DNA from: an uncultured Microthrixaceae bacterium
Lineage (GTDB): Bacteria > Actinomycetota > Acidimicrobiia > Acidimicrobiales > Acidimicrobilacustridaceae
Assembly (NCBI GenBank): GCA_963734965.1
Contig: CAVTJK010000004.1
Location: forward strand, 1,799,241 to 1,863,240
Direction of reading: 5' to 3'
Length of the DNA: 64,000 bases
Both the position numbers and the translations under genes were made by a program. This document shows, one piece after another, positions 1 to 7,863 of the stretch (position 1 is its first letter; each line of letters opens with the position of its first letter). Below the pieces are notes generated by a model. It made no database searches and had not been told where the DNA came from. It saw nothing but the letters and a program-made list of their open reading frames with translations.

Positions 1-281
1 TGGCAGCCGAGGTGGGGCCCGCCCTGCCCGACTACACGCTGGTCGACGACATCGAGGCCATCCCCCGCGAGCTGCGCGGGCTGCACCCGGACAACCCGGT
101 CAACCTCGCCCGCCACGGCGGTGTCCAGCTCGAGCTGCCGCCACGCGTCCGCGGCCTCGGGCCGTTCTGGGAGGGGGCGGCGCACCGCCAGGCCGGCCGA
201 CGCTCGCCCCACACGATCGCCCTCATCGACGGGCTGACCCGAACGGCGCTCGCCCACGCCCACGCTTCTGGCGGCGATTGA
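1..281 (+). CDS. 3' fragment of a poly-gamma-glutamate hydrolase-like (UPF0714/YjqB-type) protein; the 5' end lies outside the window
   Basis: ORF 12..281 stays open to the window edge. The segment NPVNLARHGGVQLELPPRVR resembles the conserved core of that family, recognised from memory only. The stop codon lies inside the palindromic repeat at 270..308. Confidence 0.35.
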   Translation, partial: AAEVGPALPDYTLVDDIEAIPRELRGLHPDNPVNLARHGGVQLELPPRVRGLGPFWEGAAHRQAGRRSPHTIALIDGLTRTALAHAHASGGD

Positions 282-308
282 GGGCGCCCAGCGCCCTCAG
301 ATGCCGCC
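270..308. repeat. 39-nt palindromic repeat, copy 1 (GGCGGCGATTGAGGGCGC-CCA-GCGCCCTCAGATGCCGCC)
   Basis: A perfect 9-bp inner stem (279..287 / 291..299) has a 3-nt loop, flanked by an outer GGCGGC/GCCGCC stem. It shares 34 of 39 nt with the copy at 29484..29522. Confidence 0.7.
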
Positions 309-357
309 GGAACCCCGAGCGGGGAGGTTCTGAGCCGCGGCGATAGCCTCGCCGCCC

Positions 358-1293
358 ATGGACGCGCGCATCTTCACCGAGCCTCAACAGGGTGCCTCGT
401 ACGATCAGCTGCTGGCCGTGGCGCAGCGGGCCGAGGGCAACGGCTTCGACGGGTTCTTCCGGTCGGACCACTACCTGAAGATGGGCAACGTCACGGGTCA
501 GCCTGGTCCGACCGACACCTGGGTCACGTTGGGCGCCATCGCTCGCGAAACCACGAGCATCCGCTTGGGGACACTGGTGTGCTCGGCGACCTTCCGCCTC
601 CCCGGCCCGCTGGCCGTCGCCGTGGCCCAGGTCGACGACATGAGCGGCGGCCGGGTCGAGCTGGGCATCGGCGCCGGCTGGTTCGACAGCGAGCACGTCG
701 CCTACGGCATCCCGTTCCCGCCGCTCGGCGAGCGCTTCGACCGACTCGAGGAGCAACTCGAGATCATCACCGGCCTGTGGCGCACCCCGGCCGACAGCGA
801 GTACTCCTTCGAGGGCCAGCACTACACCGTGGTCGGCTCGCCGGCCCTGCCCAAGCCGATCCAGTCCGGCGGCCCTCCGGTCATCATCGGGGGCCATGGT
901 CCCACGCGCACACCGAGATTGGCGGCCCGGTTCGCCCGCGAGTTCAACGTCGGCTTCTCGTCCATCGACGTCACCGCCGGACAGTTCCAGAAGGTCCGCG
1001 CCGCCTGCGAAGCCATCGATCGCGATCCCGACGAGCTCGTCTACTCGGCGGCCCTCGTCGTGTGCTGCGGCGAGACCGACACCGAGCTCGAGCGACGGGC
1101 GGCGGCCATCGGCCGGCGCCTCGACGGCGATCTGCGCGAGAACGGCGCCGCCGGCTCGCCCGCCGAGGTGCTGGACAAGCTGGCCGCCTACGCCGAGGCC
1201 GGCATCCAGCGGGTCTACCTGCAACTGCTCGACCTCGACGACCTCGATCACATCGACCTGATCGGCCACCAGGTCCTCCCGCTGCTCGCCTGA
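358..1293 (+). CDS. LLM-class (luciferase-like) F420-dependent oxidoreductase
   Basis: Intact 311-aa ORF. It carries typical LLM motifs: FDGFFRSDHY, IRLGTLVCSATFRLPGPLAVAVAQVDDMSGGRVELGIGAGW and a C-terminal AGIQRVYLQ. Confidence 0.85.
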   Translation: MDARIFTEPQQGASYDQLLAVAQRAEGNGFDGFFRSDHYLKMGNVTGQPGPTDTWVTLGAIARETTSIRLGTLVCSATFRLPGPLAVAVAQVDDMSGGRVELGIGAGWFDSEHVAYGIPFPPLGERFDRLEEQLEIITGLWRTPADSEYSFEGQHYTVVGSPALPKPIQSGGPPVIIGGHGPTRTPRLAARFAREFNVGFSSIDVTAGQFQKVRAACEAIDRDPDELVYSAALVVCCGETDTELERRAAAIGRRLDGDLRENGAAGSPAEVLDKLAAYAEAGIQRVYLQLLDLDDLDHIDLIGHQVLPLLA

Positions 1294-1351
1294 CTCCCCC
1301 CTGTCTCCCGCCTGTCTCCCCGTTCCCGGCCTGACGAGCGCCAAGATCCCC

Positions 1352-1400
1352 AACCTGTGCCGTCAGATGTACCCCCCAGGCGCGCGTTGCGGCACAGGTT
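1352..1400. terminator. Perfect 11-bp inverted repeat (AACCTGTGCCG-N27-CGGCACAGGTT) between convergent genes; possible bidirectional terminator
   Basis: The arms at 1352..1362 and 1390..1400 are exact reverse complements. The element lies between the LLM stop (1293) and the pdxH stop (1416). The loop is large and there is no U-tract. Confidence 0.35.
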
Positions 1401-1415
1401 CGAGCACGGAGTGGA

Positions 1416-2072
1416 TCAGGGGGCGAGGCGCTCGATGATCCAGTCGGCGCTGTCGTCCCCAGACTGGGGGTCGTCAGGGCGGCGGTAGCGGAGCCGATCG
1501 TGCAGGCGGGATCGCCGGCCCTGCCAGAACTCGATCTCGACGGGCTCCACGACGAACCCACCCCAGTGCGGCGGACGCGGGACCTCACCGCCGGCGTACT
1601 GGCGCTCGAGGGCGGCGAAGCGGTCAGCGAGCACGGCTCGGTCGTCGATCACGGTGCTCTGGTCTGACGCCCAGGCGCCCAGCTGGCTGTCGCGTGGACG
1701 GGAGGCGAAGTAGGCGTCGGACACCTCGGCGCTGGTGCGCCGGGCTCGGCCGGCGACCCGGACCTGACGACCGATGGCGATCCAAGGGAAGCACAGCGCG
1801 ACATCAGGACTGGCCTCGATCTCTCGGGCCTTCTGGCTGCGGTAGTTGGTGTAGAAGGTGAAGCCCCCGTCGGTTCCCCGCAACAGCACGTGGCGCGAGG
1901 ACGGCGCTCCCGTCGCTGACACCGTCGACACGACCATGGCCTCGGGCTGGTGGACGCCGGCCTCGGCGGCGACCTCGAACCACCGAGCGAACTGGACGTA
2001 GGGATCGGCATCGACATCGACCTCGTCCAGGCCGATCAGCTCGAGCTCGACCCGGCGTGCTTCTAGATCCAT
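1416..2072 (-). CDS. pdxH: Pyridoxamine 5'-phosphate oxidase
   Basis: The C-terminal 218 aa of ORF 1416..2288, starting at the ATG at 2072 (MDLEARR). Motifs: PYVQFARWF, MVVSTV..PSSRHVLLRG..GFTFYTNYRSQKAREI, ALCFPW, RQVRVAG, SRPRDSQLGAWAS, HWGGF, EFWQGR.SRLHDR. Confidence 0.9.
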   Translation of the reverse strand: MDLEARRVELELIGLDEVDVDADPYVQFARWFEVAAEAGVHQPEAMVVSTVSATGAPSSRHVLLRGTDGGFTFYTNYRSQKAREIEASPDVALCFPWIAIGRQVRVAGRARRTSAEVSDAYFASRPRDSQLGAWASDQSTVIDDRAVLADRFAALERQYAGGEVPRPPHWGGFVVEPVEIEFWQGRRSRLHDRLRYRRPDDPQSGDDSADWIIERLAP

Positions 2073-2083
2073 CTGACGACCGA

Positions 2084-2572
2084 TCAGGAAACGTTGAACG
2101 AGAACACGGTCGACAGCGCGAGGACCCCGATCGTCGCCAAGACGACGGCGAGCACGACCGTGATCGTCGTGGCCATCGCCGATCGACCGAGGCGACGGGT
2201 CAGCAAGCCGTTGACGCCGAGTCCGCCGTGCCCGAGCGCGAGAACCAGCAGGATGCCGTCGAACAGCCGCCAACCTCCCGAGTGCCACCGATCGACGTAG
2301 AAGGCCACGCCGAAGTGACCCGGATCATGGAACACCCACGTGGAGAGCACGTGCACGAGCAACAGCAGTACCAACAGCCACGACGACACCTGCATGAGGT
2401 GCCAGGACCAGCTGCGGACCTCGGCGTCGCCGCCGGCCGCGCCCTCCGATCGGGACGCTTCGGTTGGCGACGAGGGCGGCGGAGGCGGTGGGGAATCGAG
2501 GGCGTCAGCGGTGTCGACGACGGCGTCGGCGGGGGGAGGCGGGGGGATCAACGGGTCGTCTCGGCGATCCAC
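2084..2572 (-). CDS. sdhD: Succinate dehydrogenase hydrophobic membrane anchor (SdhD)-like protein; start uncertain
   Basis: The C-terminal part of ORF 2084..2872, [64 protein letters not shown], matches the actinobacterial SdhD pattern (FAWLFMRFSGV..GH..RW.SPFW..DL.LLWLA.LHG.NG....FDANIS) as I recall it. A GTG candidate start is at 2572. Confidence 0.6.
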   Translation of the reverse strand: MDRRDDPLIPPPPPADAVVDTADALDSPPPPPPSSPTEASRSEGAAGGDAEVRSWSWHLMQVSSWLLVLLLLVHVLSTWVFHDPGHFGVAFYVDRWHSGGWRLFDGILLVLALGHGGLGVNGLLTRRLGRSAMATTITVVLAVVLATIGVLALSTVFSFNVS

Positions 2573-3048
2573 GGCCAGACGATGGCGGCGAAGCACGGGA
2601 TGGCCACGGCCCAGGTGAGGAAGAGCACCGCCGCCCGGATGCGCACGTCGTGGGCGACCGAGCCGGGCGCGACCTCGGCCACCAGCCGACGCAGCCCGTC
2701 GAAGGTGTGGAACAGGGTCGCCAGCACGACGACGCAGATGACGAGGCGGGCGCCGAGACTGCCCATGGCCGCGCCCCATCGGTTGAAGCGGTTGCGATCG
2801 GCGATCTGGCCCAGGGCCGCGGCGAAGACGACCACGTAGACGAACACGACGACCCCGGCCACCGCGCCCCACGGGCTGCGCCTCGCCCTCCCGGCGGCAT
2901 CAGCGCCTCCATCGGCCGGGCGAGCCGGGGGATCGGGATCGCGAACGAGATCGGGCTCGGGATCGACATCCACGTCGACGCCACCCGGCCCGACGTCATC
3001 GGGGTCGCCCGGTGACGGGACGAGACCCTGGTCGTCGGTGTCGTCCAC
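2548..3048 (-). CDS. sdhC: Succinate dehydrogenase cytochrome b (SdhC)-like small membrane protein; start uncertain
   Basis: The 3' part of the reading frame of ORF 2548..4101 has three predicted TM helices and a [16 protein letters not shown] motif (compare LFHALNGIRV in SdhC). It lies immediately upstream of, and overlaps, the sdhD-like gene. A GTG candidate start is at 3048, just after the serS stop. Confidence 0.4.
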   Translation of the reverse strand: MDDTDDQGLVPSPGDPDDVGPGGVDVDVDPEPDLVRDPDPPARPADGGADAAGRARRSPWGAVAGVVVFVYVVVFAAALGQIADRNRFNRWGAAMGSLGARLVICVVVLATLFHTFDGLRRLVAEVAPGSVAHDVRIRAAVLFLTWAVAIPCFAAIVWPWIAETTR

Positions 3049-3050
3049 GA

Positions 3051-4348
3051 TCAGCCTGCGGCCGGTTCGAGGCGGGTCAGGCCGCTCAGGTAGGGGTGGA
3101 GGAGCTCGGGCAGCACGACCGTGCCGTCGGGCTGGCGGTGGGTCTCGACCAGCGCCGCCCACACCCGCGGCACGGCGAGCGCCGACCCGTTCAGGGTGTG
3201 GCAGATCTCGGTGCCCTTGCCGTCGGCCGGGCGGTACCGGACGTTGGCGCGACGCGCCTGGTAGTCGGCGAACCACGACACCGACGACACCTCGAGCCAC
3301 CGATCGACCCCGGGCGAGTACACCTCGATGTCGAACGTCCGGTGCTGGGACGACCCGAGGTCGCCGGCGCACAGGTCGAGGATCCGGTAGGCCAGCCCGA
3401 GGTCGCCGATGAGGGACTCGGCCCGGGCGAGGATCTCGGCGTGGATCGTCGGGCGCCTGATCGGGCGTGGCGTAGGCGAGGAGCTCGACCTTGTCGAACT
3501 CGTGGACGCGCAGCAGCCCACGGGTGTCCTTGCCGGCCGAGCCCGCCTCGCGACGGAAGCACGACGTGTGGGCGCAGAGCCGCATCGGCAGCTCGTCCTC
3601 GTCGAGGATCTCGTCCCGGGCCAGCGACGTGAGCGGCACCTCGGCGGTGGGGATGGCCCACAGGTCGTCGCGCTCGAGGTGGTAGGCGTCGTCCTCGAAC
3701 TTGGGGAGGTGACCGGTGGAGATCATGCGTCGCGGTTCGCACCAGGGTCGGCGGTCGGACCTCCTCGTAGAGATCGGCGTTCCGGTCGAGCGCGAGCTGG
3801 CACAGCGCCCGCACCAGCGCGGCGCCCGGCCTCGCGGTACATGACGAACATCGACCCCGACATCTTGGCGCCGCGCTCGAGATCGAGGATGCCGAGCTCC
3901 TCGCCGATGTCCCAGTGCGGCACCCGCTGGTGCTCGGCGTACGAGTCGGGGTCGAAGTGCTCGACGCGCACCACGACGTTGTCGTCGGGCCCGGCGCCGT
4001 CGGGCGCCTCGTCGGCGGGCAGGTTCGGCAGCGCAGCAGCAGGTCGCGGAGCTCGGCCGCGAGCTGCTCGGCGCCTGCGTCGAGCTCCTTCTCTCGCGCA
4101 CGCCGAGCGCGGCTCTCCTCCTGCAGCTCGGCCGCCTCGTCGACCTTGCCGTCCCGCCTCAGGAGCCCGACCTCCTTCGAGAGCTTGTTCACCTGGCCGC
4201 GCAGATCGTCGCGTTCGCTGGCCAGGCCGCGTTGCTGCCGGTCGAGGTCACGGGCCCGCTCGAGCGTGGTGATCTCGACATCGCCTCGGCGGGCCAGCGC
4301 GGCGGCGACCTCGTCGAATTCGGAGCGCAGCCGGCGCACGTCGAGCAT
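3051..4348 (-). CDS. serS: Seryl-tRNA synthetase; the reading frame is broken at least 4 times in this sequence
   Basis: Fragments in different frames tile a complete SerRS. The coiled-coil arm [23 protein letters not shown] starts at the ATG at 4348 (frame of ORF 3191..4516). [45 protein letters not shown] is in ORF 3723..3974. [42 protein letters not shown] is in the frame of ORF 2548..4101. [30 protein letters not shown] is in ORF 3051..3521. The 1298-nt span is not a multiple of 3. Confidence 0.9.
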
Positions 4349-4503
4349 CCCAGCAAGGTACCAAGCCGCTGGTCGACGACCCGACACCGTTGTGCGTAGG
4401 GACCCGACGCCCACCAGGACCGGTCTTGGGGTCGGCCCCGGGCTGGCGGTAGCGTCGCCGCCGGTGCCGACCTCCCCCCGACCGCTCGACGCCGCCTGAC
4501 CCC

Positions 4504-5511
4504 TTGCCGACGCCATCGGCCGTCGAGGTCCGAGACCTGGTGATCCGCTATGGCGATCGGATGGCCGTCGACCAGCTCTGCGTTCTCGGCGGAGCCGGGC
4601 ACGGTGTTGGCCCTGCTGGGACCGAACGGGGCCGGCAAGACGTCGACGGTCGAGACGCTCGAGGGCTACCGGCAGCCGTCGGCCGGGCAGGTGCGGGTGC
4701 TCGGGTCTCGACCCGCGCGCCGATCACGCCGGCGCTGACCCGACGCATCGGCGTGATGCTCCAGACCGGCGGCGTCTACACCGGCATCCGCCCCGGCGAG
4801 GCTGCTGCGGCTGTTCGCGTCGTACTACGACGACCCCGCCGATCCCGACGAGCTGCTCGAGCGGGTCGGCCTCGCCGACCGCCGGCCGCTCGACGTGGAA
4901 GAGCCTCTCGGGTGGCGAGCAGCAGCGGCTCTCGCTGGCGCTGGCGCTCGTCGGCCGACCCGAGGTCGCCTTCCTCGACGAGCCCACCGCCGGCATCGAC
5001 CCGAGCGGGCGCCAGCTCATCCGTCGCGTGATCGCCGAGCTGCGCGACGCCGGGCGTGACCGTGCTCCTGACGACCCACGACCTCGACGAAGCCGAGAAG
5101 CTGGCCGATCGGGTCGTCATCGTCGACCACGGGCGGGTGCTGGCCAGCGGGACCCCGGCCGAGCTGACGACGAGCGGCCAGCGCGACGAGATCCGCTTCG
5201 GCGCGCCCACCGGACTCGACGTGTCCGACCTCGGCCGGACCATCGTCGGCGACGGTGACCGAGGTGTCACCGGGCGAGTACCGCGTCGACCGGCGACCCC
5301 GACCCCGACCCGCATCGCCGCCATCACGACCTGGCTGGCCGAGCGCGATCTGGCCCTGGCCGACCTGCGCGCCGGTCGCCAGCGACTCGAGGACGTGTTC
5401 CTGCGCCTGACCGAGGCCGCCGCCGCCGACCGTGACGCCGCGGTCGGAGATCCGGTCACGGCGCGGCGCGCCGGTCGGGGCCGGCACCGGTCTCGCCGGG
5501 GTCGACCGTGA
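4504..5511 (+). CDS. ABC transporter ATP-binding protein (ABC-2/DrrA-like exporter); frame-disrupted
   Basis: [13 protein letters not shown] is in ORF 4504. The Walker A segment [24 protein letters not shown] is in ORF 4550..4738. The signature and Walker B regions lie in the 4900-5000 stretch ([33 protein letters not shown], read across frames). [47 protein letters not shown] is in ORF 5056..5511. At least 4 frame switches are needed. Confidence 0.85.
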
Positions 5512-6236
5512 AGGCCTACGCGGGCCAGACCCGCGCCGAGCTGACCCTCAGCCTGCGCCAGGGCGAGCAGCTGCTGGTCAGCGTGGCCATCCCGCTGGTT
5601 GCTGCTGGTCTTCTTCTCCCTGGTCGACGTGCTGCCCACGCCGGCGGGCGTGTCCAAGTCGGTCGACTTCCTGGCCCCGGGCATCCTGGCCCTGGCCGTG
5701 ATGTCGACGGCCATGGTGAGCCTCGGCATCGGCACGGGGTTCGAGCGCCAGTACGGCGTGCTCAAGCGGCTCGGGTCGACCCCGCTCGGTCGACCCCGAC
5801 TGGATCGCGGCCAAGACCACGATGGTGTTGGCCATCGAGCTCGGGCAGGTGATCATCCTGGTGCCGACCGCGCTGGCGCTCGGCTGGAACCCCGACGGCA
5901 ACGTGGCCCTGGTGGTGCCGGCCTACGTGCTGGGCACGGCCGCCTTCGCCGGGATCGGCCTGCTGCATGGCCGGCACCCTCCGGGGAACGATCACCCTTG
6001 CGGCGGCCAACGGGTTGTACATCGTGCTGCTGCTGCTCGGCGGGATGATCATCCCGCTCTCCAGCCTGCACGGCCTGCGCTTCGTGGCCGATCTCCTGCC
6101 GGCCGGCGCGCTGAGCCAGGTCATGGCGGCCGCCTTCCGATCCTCGGTCCACGTCTCGACGCAGAACTGGATCGTGCTCATCGCCTGGGCCGTCGCCGCT
6201 CCGCTGGCCGCCGCCCGCTGGTTCCGCTGGGAGTAG
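5508..6236 (+). CDS. ABC-2 type transporter permease; frame-disrupted
   Basis: The GTG at 5508 overlaps the ATPase stop (GTGA). Fragments are [25 protein letters not shown] (ORF 5508), FLAPGILALAVMSTAMVSLGIGTGFERQYGVLKRLGSTPL (ORF 5599..6048), VLAIELGQVIILVPTALALGW (ORF 5822..) and TLRGTITLAAANGLYIVLLLLGGMIIPLSSL (ORF 5967..6236). Confidence 0.8.
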
Positions 6237-6239
6237 CGA

Positions 6240-6872
6240 TCAGCGCCGAATCGGGCGCACGATGACCTCGGAGCCGATGGCCTCGAAGTCGAGTCCGAGG
6301 AACATCCGCAACGATCGGGCGTTGCCCGGACTCACCGCGGCGAAGACCGGCTCCCCCGACGCCACGAGGGCGAGCGCGTCGCACACGAGCGATCGACCCC
6401 AGCCCCGACCCTGGCCGTCGGGCTCGGCCTCGACGCTGATCTCGCGACGGCCGGCCAGACCCCGGCTCAGGACGACCACCCCGCGATCGTCCCCGTAGGC
6501 GTCGATGTCGGTCCGAGCCAGGTATCGGGCGTGGACGACCCGTGGATGGTCGTCGTCGTCGAGCCGGGCCAGGTCGGATCCCTCACCGGTGCCGCGTCCG
6601 ACGAGGGTCGCGTCGAGGCAGCTGATCCAACCCGTCGGTCCCGCCAACCACCTCAGGAAGTCCGGGTGCTCGCAGCCGCCGAAGGCATCGCCGGACCGAG
6701 CGACCACCTGGTCGGGATCGGCGGCGGTGGCCACGATGGCGTGCCCGGTGAAGCCGACCACCGCCTCGATGCCCTCCGCGGGCGGCACCACCACCTCGAC
6801 CACCCCGTCGACCGCCGGAAAGCGACCCTCGGCGGCGCTGATGAAGGTGGCGAGCAGGGGGTGATTGGTCAG
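6240..6872 (-). CDS. GNAT family N-acetyltransferase; start uncertain
   Basis: The C-terminal part of ORF 6240..7082 carries acetyl-CoA motif A (EPDGQGRGWGRSLVCDAL) and motif B (AAVSPGNARSLRMFLGLDFEAIG). It is the last gene of the cta operon and abuts the ctaF stop. Confidence 0.7.
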   Translation of the reverse strand: MTNHPLLATFISAAEGRFPAVDGVVEVVVPPAEGIEAVVGFTGHAIVATAADPDQVVARSGDAFGGCEHPDFLRWLAGPTGWISCLDATLVGRGTGEGSDLARLDDDDHPRVVHARYLARTDIDAYGDDRGVVVLSRGLAGRREISVEAEPDGQGRGWGRSLVCDALALVASGEPVFAAVSPGNARSLRMFLGLDFEAIGSEVIVRPIRR

Positions 6873-7237
6873 GGGTGCGGGTGCCCGTGGTACCACAGGT
6901 TGAGGATGGTGAGCACGGCGATGTAGACGACCACGGCCAGGATCAGACCCGAGTAGAAGACGACCGTCAGCACCCGCTGGTCGAAGCGCAGGTGCATGAA
7001 GATGTAGGCGACGGTGAAGAACTTGACGGCCATCAACAGCAGCAGCACGAAGGTGACGGACTTGGTGCCGGCGAAGTCCCAACCCGGAAAGCTCGGCCAG
7101 AGGTAGGTCGCCACCTCGATGGCGGTGAGCACGGCGAGGAAGATCGCGGTCAGCACGTAGAGCTTCTCGCGCGGGTACTCCTCCTTGGCTCCGTCGAGTA
7201 CGGAGGTCGGGATCGGTTCGGCGGTCTCGGTGGCCAT
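6869..7237 (-). CDS. ctaF: Cytochrome c oxidase subunit IV (prokaryotic COX4_pro type)
   Basis: Intact 122-aa ORF with three TM helices. The motif AVKFFTVAYIFMHLRFD is typical of the COX4_pro family. It follows ctaE. Confidence 0.75.
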   Translation of the reverse strand: MATETAEPIPTSVLDGAKEEYPREKLYVLTAIFLAVLTAIEVATYLWPSFPGWDFAGTKSVTFVLLLLMAVKFFTVAYIFMHLRFDQRVLTVVFYSGLILAVVVYIAVLTILNLWYHGHPHP

Positions 7238-7247
7238 GTCCGCGCTC

Positions 7248-7820
7248 CTATGGGATCAGGTAGACGACGGCGAAGATGACGATCCACACGACGTCGACGA
7301 AGTGCCAGTACAGGCCGATGACCTCGACCGTCTCGGACCGGTGCTCGGGTATCTTGCCGCGCAACGAGAGGATCAGGAGCGAGACCAGCATGATGATGCC
7401 GATCGTGACGTGCACGCCGTGGAAGCCGGTGAGCGTGTAGAAGGCCGATGACGAACGGCTGGTCGTGAAGCCCATGCCCTCGTGCAGGAACACCGTGAAC
7501 TCATAGACCTGGCCGGCGACGAAGGTCGAGCCGAGCAGGGCCGTGGCGACGAGCCAGGTGCGCAGGCGGTGGTGATCGCCGCGCTCGATGGCCGACACGG
7601 CCAGCACCATGGTCAGCGAGCTCATCAGCAGCAGGAACGAGCTCACGGAGGTGAACCCGAGGTCGTACACCTGCTTGGGCGCCGGGCCCTGGCCGGCGAC
7701 GGGCACCTTGTACAGCAGATAGGTCGTGATGAGCCCCCCGAACAGCAGGCACTCGGACGCGAGGAACAACCACATCCCGAGCTTCGTGTTCGAGATCCCG
7801 GTGTTGGTGTCGTGCTCCAT
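7248..7820 (-). CDS. ctaE: Cytochrome c oxidase subunit III
   Basis: Read from the ATG at 7820 (MEHDTNTGISNTKLGMWLFLASECLLFGG). Also carries FYTLTGFHGVHVTIG and GLYWHFVDVVWIVIF. The upstream part of ORF 7248..7988 overlaps the ctaD end and is not coding. Confidence 0.9.
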   Translation of the reverse strand: MEHDTNTGISNTKLGMWLFLASECLLFGGLITTYLLYKVPVAGQGPAPKQVYDLGFTSVSSFLLLMSSLTMVLAVSAIERGDHHRLRTWLVATALLGSTFVAGQVYEFTVFLHEGMGFTTSRSSSAFYTLTGFHGVHVTIGIIMLVSLLILSLRGKIPEHRSETVEVIGLYWHFVDVVWIVIFAVVYLIP

Positions 7821-7863
7821 GTGGGGGGCGGGAGCCCGCAGGTCGCGGTCGGCGGCGACGGTC

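Noticed and set aside
1300-1325. Tandem CCTGTCTCCC(G/C) duplication downstream of the LLM gene
   Set aside because: There are only two short copies in an intergenic tail. I could assign no further structure or function, so it is probably a slippage remnant.
3051-4348. True pseudogenisation (genome decay) of serS, dnaK, purL, purA and others
   Set aside because: These are essential single-copy functions. The fragments keep full-length, highly conserved sequence with no premature degeneration or large deletions. The breaks come in positional blocks, which fits technical indels better than biology. This cannot be proven without reads.
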